NCBI GenBank assembly: GCA_964057225.1
Contig: OZ059898.1
Location: forward strand, 16,120,001 to 16,184,000
Origin: Auanema rhodensis
Taxonomy: Eukaryota; Animalia; Nematoda
Length of the DNA stretch: 64,000 bases
Reading direction: 5' to 3'
The position numbers and the translations under genes are program-made. Within the stretch, counting starts at the first letter, position 1; every line of letters begins with the position of its first letter. Below are positions 1-29,795 of the stretch, one piece after another. The notes beneath the pieces were generated by a model. The model was not told the DNA's origin. It did no database searches and saw nothing but the letters and a program-made list of their open reading frames with translations.

Positions 1-2
1 AA

Positions 3-3000
3 ATGGGCGCAGCTTCATCAGATCATACTGATGAATCCATTATCAGTGATAATTCATCTCAAAACGGAAAAAGTAAAAACAAAATGGTATATCATACTGA
101 TGAATATGACGTGAGTCTAACTTACTATATGTATAACTTATGAATTTATTATATGATTATTTGCTTCCTTTTAATTTATAAATTTCATCAAAGAATGAGT
201 CATTGTTCCAATGAAGAGATTAATATGAGGGAAGTGAATGAGAAGCCTAAGGAAACCTTGTGAGAACTAATGCAATTTCCCTGAATGATTTCGCATCCTT
301 TAGAGTTGAATGAAAGCTCATCATAATCTGTTTTTCAGATTAATAAAACAGAAAATATTTTTTTTTTCTGTAACATTAGATTAATCTCCTTATTACTTCA
401 TATTTTGTGAGCAATCATATTTTTAATAAAATTGAGAATAAAAACAGAAAGAAAGAATAAGAGTTATATACAAAAATTATTATAATATGATGACACATGA
501 TGTAGCAAATTAGCGCGTCATTCATCACTTTATTGAGAATCTTCGTCAGTTTTCTCAAAATCTAAGCCAAATGACACCTCATATGTCGGATTAAGATGAC
601 AGCATATGACCTCACTGACGACATTCAAATGTAGAATGTGACGATTTGTAGTTCCCAAAAAAATATTTAGAAACCTTCTATATTCCATATAGATTTTATA
701 TTTATTATTATCTATACATTGTGATATTTACCGACCTTTGGGCTTATTTTTTATTCACGCAATGTACACTAATTACAGCTGGAAACATCTGTCAAACGTT
801 GGTGCCGCCAATGTCCTCTCTCTGTGTGTCTCAATAACTAGTCAGGCCTTGTAAGTCTGGCCTTCTGTTTCTATTCTATGGATCTTGATTTCCATAGATG
901 GTTGGATTCATTTACGCATTCAGCATCCCTATTGGCACCACATTTTCACTTCCATGAACTGACCTATTGTGAGATAGAGGGAAAAAAAGTAGAGGAAAAG
1001 GGAAGAGTAGAGTGGTAGAGGGGAAAAGGATATAGTTTTTATGTTAATTTAAAGAATACTATTAAGAATATTAAAAAATATTTTAATAATATTACATGAT
1101 ATGTGAATATTGAAAATAGACAACATGTATGATGGAGGTTGATTAGATCCAAAATTAGCTTGAAACGCTAATTTATTGATTCACCTTGTTGTCATCGGTT
1201 TCATAATTTCTTCAAAACGAATTAATCGGCTTGAAATTGGTTTCAATTCGATAAAAATGGAAAATTCAAAATTGATGTAAGAAAGAAAGCCTTGCAACTG
1301 AGGCAATGGTCATTAATTTACCAATAAATAGAGAAGCAGAAAATGATGAAAAAAATGAGAGATAGAGAGAGAGAAAGAACTGAATAGTTAAGTGATAAAT
1401 ACATTGAAGTCTTTCAAACACGTTCTGAATATGTTATATGCTGTTCCAGGATGCTGCAGCAGCTATACCCAAATTCTGCCGAGGAAAAGATAGAAAAGTC
1501 TCAACCGGCACCTTGAATCGACTAATCCTTGTTGCTCAGGTTTGTTTCAAGTTTTTTTCATTTTTCATTACATAACTGCTGGGAAAGATGTCAGCATGCA
1601 ATTTTTCTTTGTAGGCTCTAGAATCAGAAGTGGACAGTCGTCGACAAACGGACATTTCCGGAGGCAAAATCACGCTATCTCTTCGAATGGCAAACTTGGT
1701 GAGTAGTTTTCCTGTTTGATAAATGAGTCAAAATTGACTTTGTGCAATGAAATCCAACTTCAATACATGTAAACTTATACTAAAAGGAAAACTTGTATAG
1801 TATAAGTAAAATTAACAATTACAATTATGTATATGACTCAATTTTCTATTCAGATTCTACTAATTCTTATAAATATTCTCATTTTCACGGGCTTTGGAAA
1901 ATATCAAGAGCCTAGAGACAGTGCGTATAAGGTAAAACTTACTTGTAATAGTAATAGATAAAACTTTTTTTTTCATATTTTAGGATTTATTATTAACCGC
2001 AGATAAATGGACGTTTGATTCAATCTCATCAGATTTTCCGGAAACTTTTGCTTTAATGCAACTGAATGGGCAATATCTGGCTGCAGCAATATCTGTTTCA
2101 TTGCTGATTTCAACGACAGGACTTCAAATATTCCATTTATGTCAATCACCATCATCGAGAATAACTGTAAGTTTATAATTATATATTATATAAAATAAAG
2201 AATACAAAAATGATTGGAAACGTTAATTATATATTTGATTTACTACTAATTAGGGGATCTCAAAATATACTTAATCATATCCAAATCATAATATATTATT
2301 AACCTAGAATCTTTTCCAGGTGAGGATATATATGTACATATGTATATAATAATAAACTAACTATATATGTATATATCGTAATGTATATATTAATTTTTTT
2401 AATTCTTCTAAAATATAATTAAAAAATAATGCGAAAATGAATGATAACAACAATTAATTTTAACTTTTTTTTATTTATTCTTCTCAATTTCCTGAAAATA
2501 TGAATCAATTAAAAGATATAAGCTTAGAATTTGAGAGGTAGAGCCATATCAAATAACTTATTTGACACATGTAATCCAGCATTGTTAATTGAATGAAATC
2601 ATATGTACACATTCATATTCATATGTGTATAAATACTGATAGAAATTAATCTGAAATATAAAAAAAAGATTAAACCAAGATAAATAAGATTTGATATTAA
2701 ACAAAAAAAAAAGATAAAAACAATAAAAATTTAGTTGTCATTCATATACAATAAATATATTAATATAATATATATATATATACATACGTATATATGTATA
2801 GTATAAGTTAAGAAAGATATACAAATAATAATTGATTTTTTGTTTTTTGTTTTTTGTTTTTTTCTCTTATATGATATCCGTAAAAAGGTGTGATTTTAGT
2901 TTACAATAGCTGAAAGCAGTTTCAGTACCAATATATTATATAAATATTATTTAAAAACTTAATTATAAATATAAATAAATATAATTATAATTTATAGAGT

Positions 3001-3304
3001 ATGTGCTATTCATTTGGTGCAGTTCCATTCTCTTTATTTGTATTTGGATTGGAAATGCATTACAGTACTTGTCCATGGGTTGATGAGTATTACATCAAAT
3101 TTTCTGTTTCTGATATGAGTGCTCAATGTGCTATCAACGGCTGGGCTCTTGCAGGGGTATTTGAAATAGAGTAAACGAAATATATTACTTTCATTATTGT
3201 TTCAGATTTTCTCACTCCTTTCATGTGGTTTATATGTAAGTGAAGGATTGATCACAGCATTTTTTCGGCCAGAAATCCGTTCTCGTAAAGAAACAATTCT
3301 ATAA
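3..3304 (+). CDS. Uncharacterised nematode 4-TM (MARVEL/tetraspan-like) membrane protein, ~266 aa, 7 exons; the true start may lie upstream of the window
   Basis: Exons 3-110, 1450-1539, 1615-1698, 1854-1931, 1984-2166, 2998-3156 and 3206-3304 join via GT-AG introns into one open frame (MGAASSDH...ILLILINILIFTGF...YLAAAISVSLLISTTGL...FGAVPFSLFVFGLEMHYSTCPW...CAINGWALAGIFSLLSCGLYVSEGL...KETIL*). Four hydrophobic segments. Confidence 0.8.
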
Positions 3305-3362
3305 AAAATCTCAACGAATCTCTCTCTGTCTCTTTTTCTCTTGTTTTACCACTAAAGTTTTA

Positions 3363-3369
<7 letters not shown>

Positions 3370-3411
<42 letters not shown>
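3370..3411. repeat. (AT)n microsatellite
   Basis: About 20 perfect AT units; many similar tracts occur between 2.7 and 26.9 kb. Confidence 0.95.
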
Positions 3412-3417
<6 letters not shown>

Positions 3418-3825
3418 TTCAAATAACAAATAACGTCTTAAAAATCTTGGTTTAATTTATATTACTGGTACAAACATATTATGTATATGTACACATATGT
3501 ATATAATAATTATTGTTATTCTATTATTAACATTTATAGATTTTGTCTAAAATTTTTATTAATTCAAAGATTTTTTAAAAATAAAAGTTTATTTAAAATA
3601 TTTTTAAAATGATGATGTTAATGAACTTCAAAGAATTGTATTCATACTATGAAAGCTTAATCCAGTTTTCATCAAAATAAATGAAATGAGTTGGACAACG
3701 TTTATACCTAATCAAATACAGATTCAGCTATATATGTATTTTAGTTTAAAATATCTATTTTTAGGAAACAATTTCACTAAAATCCATTGTTTTTATTGAA
3801 AGTTCACTTAAAAGGTAAAAGAAAA

Positions 3826-3827
<2 letters not shown>

Positions 3828-3887
<60 letters not shown>

Positions 3888-3888
3888 G
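3828..3888. repeat. (AG)n microsatellite
   Basis: About 30 AG units with one interruption. Confidence 0.95.
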
Positions 3889-5791
3889 AATAATATTGTA
3901 GTTACAGGTCAAATGAAATACATTATTATATTCTTTCTTTCTTCTTCGAAATTTTTCAATTAAAACTTGCATTTTGCTGATTAAAATATAATGTGTTTAA
4001 TTTCAACTTTTTCCTCATGATTAGATTAGATGCCCAAATCCACCTCTCAAGTACAACATGCAACCGACCTAGATTGATATTTTTCTTTTTCATTTTCCTA
4101 TTTTTAATTAACAAATAAAACTTTTGATGAAAAGGCTATGAAAATCAAAAATAAATCAAAGAAATTCCAACGATTGTAGAAACTAATCGATACTTCTCAC
4201 TTTATTTCAGAAAATGGCAACTACAAAGCTGTTCAAACAATTCAAATTCTAGGAAAATTTGCAAATATACTTAGTTTTCTAACATTTTTAACTGTATTTT
4301 TTTATTTTTGTTTTAATTCTTTATTTTAAATTTTTTTAAAAAAATACTATTCAGTATCTAAATATAATATATGTAAACATATAAATAAATAAATTATTTT
4401 GTATATTTATGTGTATATAAATATATTAATAATCACAAACTTTATCCTATTTTTGTATTTGTAAATTTTTATATAAAATCTATTATTTATTACTTATTTA
4501 TTATATGAAAGTTAATTTTTTTTTTGATTTTATACTATGTTCTACATATATGATGAATGATCCCACATACTCAACTCACTTACATATTTTATAATTTTTT
4601 TGATAAACTACATTATTTCTATAATTTCAATATCTATATCTCGGAGAGAAAAAAAAGAATTTTTTTATAGACTTTTTTCTATTATTATTTATATTTTAAT
4701 TGAAATTTATTTAAATTTATATGAACATTTGGAAATGTTTTGTGAGATATAATTTAAAGAAGATGATCTTTTCATTTAAGAATAATCTTATTGAGGTACT
4801 TTTCTTTAAAATTTCTTTTTTTAATAAATAAATAATTGATAGATGGAAAGGTTGATTATCATTTGTCGTCAATTGTACAGCTTATTCTCAGCCAATACAA
4901 ATAAAATGTGTAGAACTATCTCAGCTAAAGACATCTCATTTCGATGAAATTGCCAAAACAAGGAGACTTATGTGACTGAGAAGAAAATGAATTTTTTCAT
5001 TTGAAATTTTATATTTAATCGAAAAATTCTCAGGCTATATGACAAGGTTTTAGGTGATTATTGTAAATTTTGAGAAACAAAGCTTTTCATTTTTTCTGAG
5101 AACGTTATTGCTTCGACTCATAATCTTCAGTTGAAAAATCGAAATCGTAGTCTATTTATTATCCTTGCTTCATTTATTTTCCCACGCACTGCCTTCGATA
5201 CTGTCTACTTACAATTTATATTAAAAAAACAGAAAATACGAGATATGGACAAAAAAAGATTGAATGAAAGTAAGAGATATTAAGAAAAAAAGAGAGAAAG
5301 AAAGAGGGAGGGAGGGAGGCGGTAAAAAGGTGCAAACGCGAGGACGATTCCGGAAACTGCTGATGAAGCTGATGCTTGACTAATTTCTCAATAACGCTTT
5401 TCTTCATTTCTTCCTTCATCATTATAATGTTGGCGTATATTGTATTGCGACTTCGCGAATCTATGATCGTCCTGAGACATAATGCTCTCGTCTGAGCTTT
5501 GTTTGACTTCTACCCAGGTGACCGGGCGAAAATAAGAAGCTTAATTAGTCATCTCTCATCATTATCGACTATTTCCTCATTGTAGCTACTCGAGTATATT
5601 ACTACTCTCCTCACCTCATCCTTTCATACATTCTCGAAGTTTAGCAGAAGTTCATTCAATTATTTTCTCTACACTCTACTAATATCAATACTAAAGATAT
5701 ATGTAGCTATTAGTTCATATATCAAAGAAGTTAAGCCATTTAGCTTATATCATTTACTATATGTATACTCTTAAACATCTTTTGTACTTTA

Positions 5792-5830
<39 letters not shown>

Positions 5831-5880
5831 TATATAATTAATTTTATTATAATGTTTGATTGGATATTATTCCAGAAGAA

Positions 5881-21637
<15,757 letters not shown>

Positions 21638-22536
21638 CGACTTTTAAATTTTCAAAATATGCTTTAATTACTGAACTATAGTTGAATACTATGTTTGATC
21701 TTTCGCACATGCTTCTTCGAATGCCTTATGTATTTAAACGTTTTTAGCTACTAAAAAGCAAAAGAAAGAGATTTAAGAAAAATGACAGCATGACAAAAAA
21801 AAGTTTATTATACAAATTAAGGAATAATATAGTTTCTTCTATAATTTTTTTAAAGAGAAATTTAAAGCAAATGTTTCTTTATTCATATTATATATTTAAC
21901 ATTACTTATACGGGAATGGCATTTCACATAATTTTGTAGAAATATATTTTCTAATTGATGAGCAAATTTCAATAATCAACGATCTCTAATAAAGGCCAAA
22001 ACCTTAAAAAAAAGTTCACTCATTTCAACATATTTAAATCAGATAATCACTATCTTTATGCATAAAATTCTGATGTGTGATTGCTATTTACCAGAATTTC
22101 AAAGCTTTTTTTTGTATTTTTGTGCGCTATTGCCTCAACTTTTTTTTGTGGAAATCTTTTGATTACCAATTTAAGAAAAATAATGCATTTTGTTGATTTG
22201 TTTATAGACTTTATTGTTAGTTCTTATTTCAACAGAACAAATAAATATTCAGATCATATTAAGTTAAAGCTTTGGCACTCTACTAATATACAATTCATAC
22301 AGTTTTCTAAAAAAAAACTTGCTAGCTCAAGTAATAAGAAACAGAAAATAAGCTCAATGACCAGGAAAAGACTGGAGACACAGTAAAGCGAAATGAAAGA
22401 AGTAGCTTCTAAACATAGAATAAATTCGTGTTTTAAACTAATAGATGAACATGTGGCATGCTTGAGAACATGATAAAAAATTAAGAATTAAGAAGAAACA
22501 TCTCTTTCTTTTTTCTTTTTCTAACTTATTCTCCCC

Positions 22537-22630
<94 letters not shown>

Positions 22631-22634
22631 TTTT
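22537..22634. repeat. (CT)n with CG interruptions plus poly-T, 3' of the GPCR gene
   Basis: Directly visible. Confidence 0.9.
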
Positions 22635-22742
22635 CTCACACACAAATAGATTTCCCTCTTTTTCTCAAATAAGTATAGTTAGCCGCATAAGCATTGAATG
22701 AGATAGCGCTTTGTTCCTGGGAATTGTTATCTTGTTTCATAT

Positions 22743-24674
22743 TTAGTTATTCTGTCTTTCCACATCACTTTCTTCAGGAGTTTCTATAGAACTAGGCTCC
22801 ATCACTATTTTTACTTTTTCTTTATCGAATGCAAATTCTTCTTCAGTTTTCACACCTGGACTTTTGGCAGGAGTCCATGGACTATCACTGATTGACATTC
22901 GAACCTTAATATTTGGCACATAATCAACTATTGAATTTTGCTTTAATGATAGTTTGAAATTCTAACTCACAACTTCAGTAGATTGGCGAAGACTAGCAAG
23001 CTCAGTTGATGACGACCTACGGTTTCGTCCACGTCGAACGGATACAAAACTGAATGTAGTCATTCAAAAAATGTTTTCCCAACCGACTAATTACCTGCTG
23101 TCAGAATGCAAATTGTCTCCTTGATAACTATAGATAGGACGATTACCCACAGGAATATTAACAAGGAATTTCTTAATCGTTAGCCGGTATGGTGCATAGA
23201 TTAAAGCTGTTATCACGGGGTTAACAATCTGTAAAAATATGTTCAAAAAATCAACAATCAACTGTTATCTATTCGTACAGGATTAATAGTCAAAAGATAT
23301 ACAAGAATCCATGCTACCCAATTAACCGCTTGCTTTCCTTCACAAGATAACTCAGACCAGCTACAAATATGTATTTAGCTTTTTGAATACTTCTTTTCAG
23401 ATAAAAATTATCAAAAAAGACTTACGCAAACAGATGAATTCGAGCTAAATTCATAATTCTGTATGGTAATAAACTACATGATGTCCAAGCGGTTGTAGCA
23501 AATATGAAAACCATTGATTTAACCTTTAAAAAAATAATATATCAATAAAATTTGTATGAAATAAGTTGTATAATACCTTAGTTTTAAATGCATTTGAATG
23601 ACCGTCAGTGCTAGAGTTTCTTTTTTGTCGAGTTAAATTGAATAAATATATAGAAACAATCAGGGAAGATGTCACCGGTAATACACAGAATAGAATAAGA
23701 AATATTTCATAATAAAATTTTTTTCCCCTAGACATCTAAAGGAAACATGATTTTTAAAAAGATAAAATATTATATGTTATAGTATACCTGAAGAGAACAA
23801 TCAAATTCATATATATATACGATATCAAATGCCCAGCAATAAGTAACAAATCTTAAAAATAGCATATATATCAAAAGAATGAAAAGAGGATTTGGTTTTG
23901 GAAGCTTAAAAACATACCCAACTGATAAACTCCAAATTAACAGACAAAACAAGGCTGCACGCCTTTTGGACATTGAACGGTCATAGTTTAGAGGCCAACG
24001 AAAGTAAATAAGCTGAAAGAAAATTGAAACATGTCACTTTTTAATTTTTCCAACTTTATCTACGTTCAGCATAGTCAGTGATAATCCTGATACGGCTAAA
24101 CCAATCCAATTAAAGTAATGCACAACAGCACACAAATGAATTTGTTGTAAAAAGTCATGTTTACGAATAAGCAATTCATTTGGATGGCAGAAAACTGAAT
24201 TTATTATATAATAAGTATAAATTATTAATATATTACCTGTTAAAATCAGATCACCAACTGTCATATTTAAAATAAATAGATGCATCGTATCCCCACTTCT
24301 TTTGAATAGTTTTACAGCACAGAATATTACCATAACATTAAAAACAGTAGCAGCCATTGAAGCTGCCAAAAGGAGATCATCAGTCTAAGATAGAGTTCTT
24401 GAACAAAATATTTTTGAAAGACGGATCATCATCAGCTTTAAACGCAAAATATAAAAAATGTCAAGCTTAATGACGTAAGTCATATTCTGAATTTTAAAAT
24501 TTATACTGATTAGCTTACAGTGTACATGAAAATGAGGAAAGCTTGATCATTATAACAATCTTGTTGAGCTGCTTCAGTTGTCAATATTGGAGTAATAGAT
24601 TGAATAGGAGCAGATGTAGTACTGACTGTAGCTGTAGAATTGAGGTCGTACTCGTTGTTCAGGAATTCATCCAT
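22743..24674 (-). CDS. Rhodopsin-class GPCR of the nematode AEX-2/AEXR family
   Basis: Spliced product MDEFLNNEY...FNVMVIFCA...FILNMTVGDL...LNVDKLIYFRWPLNY...WTSCSLLPYR...INPIVNPVITALIYAPYR. The NMTxxDL, LNVDKLIY and LPYR motifs match AEX-2-like receptors. C-terminus is ambiguous (stop at 22792 without, or 22743 with, a final intron). Confidence 0.85.
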
Positions 24675-26823
24675 CGCTATTTTATCATAACTAAAAAATA
24701 AGTAAAAATAATTTTAAAAATTTTAATATTTTTTAAAAATAGAAGAAGATAATTTAGAAAACATCATAAAGAAATAGAAATGATTATTTTTAAAAATCGG
24801 TGATTGAATTTTTAAAAAAAATTATTTGTAAATACATAGAAGTAAAATCCTGATTTCAAATGGAAGAGCAAATAATGAAAACCAAATTTTTTATTGTTTT
24901 AATGTTATAACTTTGTTTCTAAATGATTTGACTGCAGATCATCATTCTGATGTTCGAGACGTCAACCAACTTGACGATGCGATGATGTTGATGACGATCA
25001 TGATGACTATATATATATGATCATCTTACAATGTCACCGTATGTCTGATTCTTACTCTTATCGTCGTTACATTGTTGAGAACAGTGCTCCAGATGAAACG
25101 GAATACAAACGGATTACTGTAATTGGTCACGTTTGACAACAAGTAATTGACATGGATTGAAGGCAATTTTGCAGCACTCTCGTTGGCTATCTATCTCAAA
25201 TTACAATTTCTTGTCAGTCTGTTTCTCAGTTATAAGAGTAGGAAAACTGGAATATTTTGTTTTTGATTTCAACTATCAAAACCTATTTCTAAGTCAATAT
25301 TATCTTAAAAAAAGAAGAGAAAAAAGCAAAATTTGTAAGAAGGAATTTAATTTTTCAGAAAATCATGGCGAAGTACAAAATTTTTTTTCGAATAAATGGC
25401 GATTATATGGGGTTTTTTAAAAGTAAAACAAACAACAGAGTTAACTGTCAACGAGACAAATGAGTAAAAGTATGTAATTTCAAATACATGTATACTATAT
25501 AGTAGGTGTGACTAAAAATGGAATAAGCAAATTACCTATAGCATTTATATTTTCTTGTGAGAGAGGCCTTGTTGAAGAAAAAAACAACAAGAAAGAAAAC
25601 GAATGTAAAAATAATTTTTGATCGGAAGTTCAAAAAACTGACAGGAAACGTAAAACCTGTGTTAGTGAACTTTGAGAAAAGAAACAGTTATTTGCAGTAA
25701 TTCTGACGGAACTAAAAAAAATAAAAGGATCTGGAGGGGGAATCTGATAAGCGACAAAAAATAAAAAAGTAAGGTGGTTACTATAAAGAATTATTACTTT
25801 ACAGGCTTTCGAAGAGAGATTGTTAACTGAGTATATCAGCGTAATGAAGAGATCATACACACTTAAATTCATAAACGTTCATCGTAGATTGAGAAATTGT
25901 TGCAATCGTATAGGTAAATGACTGTTAAGAGAAGGATAGCGATATGAAATATTCATCTTTTGCCGTTTCTCTTTCGCTTGCAAAAGGATCTCGTCAGACA
26001 GCAGTACCTGTTGCAATATTCTTTGAATCTGGTGGCATCATATAATGTCTTAAAGAAGATAAAGAGGAAGAACTGATTTTAAGAGGGATAAGCTATGGAA
26101 AACAGCTAACGGAATGAAAAAAACTGTTTGGAGCGTGTAGGATGAAAGGCAGAGAAAAATGTAAGGAAGAACATGGACAACGCCAGAGAGAAAAGGGAGA
26201 TAGTGAGAAAGACTTGCAGCCAGAGATAGAGTTAGAGAGACAACCCAGCGAGAAAATGAAAACCCATCTTAGATTCCGGTAGTCGGCTTGAACCTTTTGG
26301 ACAGTTACGTTCACTCTCATGAGAAGACGTCAAAAGAAATCTTATGAAGAACAAGACGGGGCGGCGGAAGGGGTGTTCTTCATGTTTCTTTCATTTCTTT
26401 GTTTCTCTACCTCTCTATCTTGCAATCCATAAATTGTCAATCTCTAACCCACCCCTCTCTTTTTTTTGTCTTTTCTAATTTGATCATGAAGACATAAAAA
26501 GGAAGAAAACGATCTCAAGTTTTAGTCTGATCGTTGGCTATACTTTTAACATATTGACCAATTGACCATCACCGAAGAGCTCTAAAAAGAACAATTAAAA
26601 TCACAAAATTATTTGATTGATTGTCTAATTATGAGTATTTATTTCTATTTCAATTATAATCTTGGAGATTGTACAGATTATAGATAACAAATATACAAAG
26701 TGTCCATAAAAATGACGAATTGAACGTGGGTCAGATAAAAGGTTCAGAAGTTCGACAGATATAGGTTTAGAAGAATAAAAAAATTCAATCAATAATTTGT
26801 AAATTTTAATATAGAATATCATC

Positions 26824-26860
<37 letters not shown>

Positions 26861-27094
26861 CTTTAAAAGGCTTAGTTATAGTATTATATATCAAGAGAAA
26901 TATTAAATAATAATTTGCAGAAATGATAAAACGTTTTATTGGAGGGAGTATAACGGAACTCAAATCGATAGTTTGCAAAACAATTTAGGATGCAAATGTT
27001 TATTTCTCTCCTGAACTGTTTATAACACAAAGTTCAATCAACAGTTCAGGTGGTTCCAACTTAACACAAATTTTATATTTCACATTTTTTGTCT

Positions 27095-29743
27095 TTAAGT
27101 ATTACGCCATGAAAGTTTACATGATGTTTTATTTCTCCATTTTCTAACACAGTCGTCTTGAGACGTTTAGGATGATCTGGCTCTAACTGTCCTGTTGCAC
27201 CTGTATGCATATTATAATATGATCACTACTTGATTTTAATAAAATTCAACCTTCTAAGTCAGCACATAACTCTTCGGAGTGATGTGATTTACGTAGAGCA
27301 CAGAGATGCTCCATTTTACATTTCCGATCGCATGGTGGATAATCGGTTCTTCGGTAAAAGTTTCTAGAATGAATCAACTTTATTATAAATTGCTTATGTA
27401 AATAGAGTTTACTTCAAAAATTTTGCAAATAGAGAATCATCTATTTTCATCCTATTGATAAGATTATGCCATTCGCTTGGAATGTTTCCAGACAGTCCAT
27501 ATTCCTAATTAACTATGTTATTTTTCTAAGTCATAGAAGTTTCCTACCTGAACAACTGAAGCATAGAGAGTTGTCCAAACCGGATTCATTGGTGGTAAAT
27601 TATTAGCAGTTAAGTTAAACATATACTCTTCCCAGTCAATTACTCTCTTAAGCCATATAAGTAAGAATACAATGTCATGCTACATACATAAGTGGATCCT
27701 TCATAGTGCCCATCAACAGTATATATTCTATATGCAGGGTTGTATCGAGAATATGGTGTAACACTTGGTGCACTAAACAAAGCATTACTTTTATGTTTTA
27801 AATTGTTTTCAATCAAGAAAAACTTCGAAAATTGAAGTTTATAAATAATATGATTTACATATATCTAATTCCTTATTTCAAATTTTTCTAGTAAAATCAG
27901 TTATTTTATACTAATTAAATTAATGTTTAACTAAACCTATAAACTACATCAACTGGACGACTATTAGCATTATTGGGATTTTCATAAAACATATAAAATT
28001 GCTCTGAATGAACATGACCATAAAACTGTCCAGCTATAATATTTTCATATCTACAAGAAAATTTAGAAATATAGCCAAAGATAATTAGATTTCACCTGTT
28101 TATAGCTCTATAATAATTCAAAGAAAAGCTTTCTAGTCCTTCAGGAGTTCCACCAGGTATATGAGCAATGATGTGAACCTTGAAATAAATATTTCATGCC
28201 AACCTAATAGAGGCTCACTTTATCTCCTGCTTTTTCAGCTTCATCAAGCTGTTTAATAAACCACGACATTGAGCCATCTGGATCAGTTTGATTTACCATC
28301 AAAAATCTATTTTGAATATTTAAAATAATTAGAGTTAGAAAACAACTACAGATTTAGATTATCCCCGTATCCATTGTTCAGAGAAATAAGCCGTAGCCCT
28401 GGGAATAGCTTCACCATATAACATCCATTGCTGTTGTTAAAGAACTTATTGAAAGAAGAAAACTTTTTCTATACTATCGAACGGTGTCAACTTGATCAGA
28501 TGGAATGGAGTCTTTCCAAGAATATGCGATTGTATCATACAGCCAAGACATGTTAAACCGTGCTGGAGTGAAGTGAGGAGCAAAACTAAACATTTTTTAT
28601 CAAAAGTTTGAATGTAATTCCATGATACCTGTCCATTGGAACACCTTCATGATTTCCTACTGCAAAATAGACAGGTGTTCTTGGAAAATGTTTTTTGATT
28701 AAGGCAGAAATATTTCTGATTCTATCAGCATGAGCTTCTTTAGTATAATCCCATAATGCATGTGATTCCAAATCTCCAGTTAATAAAATGTAAGACAACT
28801 ATAAACTGAAACATTGAGAATGAATAGAAAATACAACAAACATCAGTATGCTTCTGAGATATTTGTTGTAACATGTTATCCACAAACCAATAGGGCGCAT
28901 CACATTGTCCTACAGTTCCCCAATAGCCAGCAGGCTCTTTGATTTTGGATTCCGAAACTTCCTAATAGCTGTGATTGCACATGTAACTATGCAGCAACTT
29001 ACGTCTGGATCATTGTTTGGTCTACAACATAGAGCCATAGTATTGGAGCATTGAGCTTCTGCTCCAACAACATAATCTCTATCCATATGAATATCAGTTA
29101 AGTGAAGTACTTTGAAAGTTGGTTTTCCAGACTGCAACATGTTTTTAGATAATTTAAGTCATAATTATCACACCTTGATAATAGTCTTAGGGATAAGACT
29201 TGGCTTATTACCTGGTAATGGTAAAATCCATGTCACATTCAATGGATCAAAAAACTTAATATAGCGTTATAAGTTAATAATTTTTGGAAATTAAACTAAC
29301 TTTTCCACAGTCATCTATAACTAAAGAACAAACTTCTTTAGGAGTGACTAGGCATTTTTCTAGAACATATTCAACTTCATCCTATAATTAATTTAAATGC
29401 CCAAGAATATAGAAATCCCAAACTTTATAATTAGATAAAGCAGCCTTACAAATATAATTACTTTCCACATTGAATTGCACACATATATAAGCTAGAAGAT
29501 CTCCCACACAATCTACAGCATTCTAAACATGGTTGTACCCAATTCACATATCAATGGTATTGAAACACCTCGCCCCATTTTCTTTCCAATAAATTAACCA
29601 TCAAACGACATTGTAGGCATTCCTCTGATACTGCGTTTCCTAAACACTTTTCAGCATTTGAAAAAAGCTAATAACAAACCATTTGGAATAGAATGACCAG
29701 ATACCAACACAAGAACTGGTAAGAACCAAAAGCTTAAACTCAT
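27095..29743 (-). CDS. Acid sphingomyelinase (SMPD1/ASM family): signal peptide, saposin domain and metallophosphoesterase domain
   Basis: About 16 exons. Signal peptide MSLSFWFLPVLVL; saposin cysteines; metal ligands LTDIH, TGD, GNHE, AHIP, GHVH; PSVTPY..NPAYRIY. The specific asm paralog was not assigned. Confidence 0.95.
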
Positions 29744-29785
29744 AATTAACTGCTCTCTACTAAAGCTGTCTTTATTTGAATAGGT

Positions 29786-29795
29786 TCTTATCAGT
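29786..29795 (-). promoter_or_regulatory. Extended GATA (ELT-2-type ACTGATAAGA) site just upstream of the ASM gene
   Basis: tcttatcagt on +, about 43 bp upstream of the ATG; further TGATAA sites near 30011, 30080, 30199 and 30426. Confidence 0.5.

Noticed and set aside
845-898. Short inverted repeats AGGCC..GGCCT and tctatgga..tccataga
   Set aside because: Stems of 5-8 bp are expected by chance; no other support.
26868-26875. GGCTTAG, resembling nematode telomere repeat, at the architecture boundary
   Set aside because: Barely more than one TTAGGC unit; no array.
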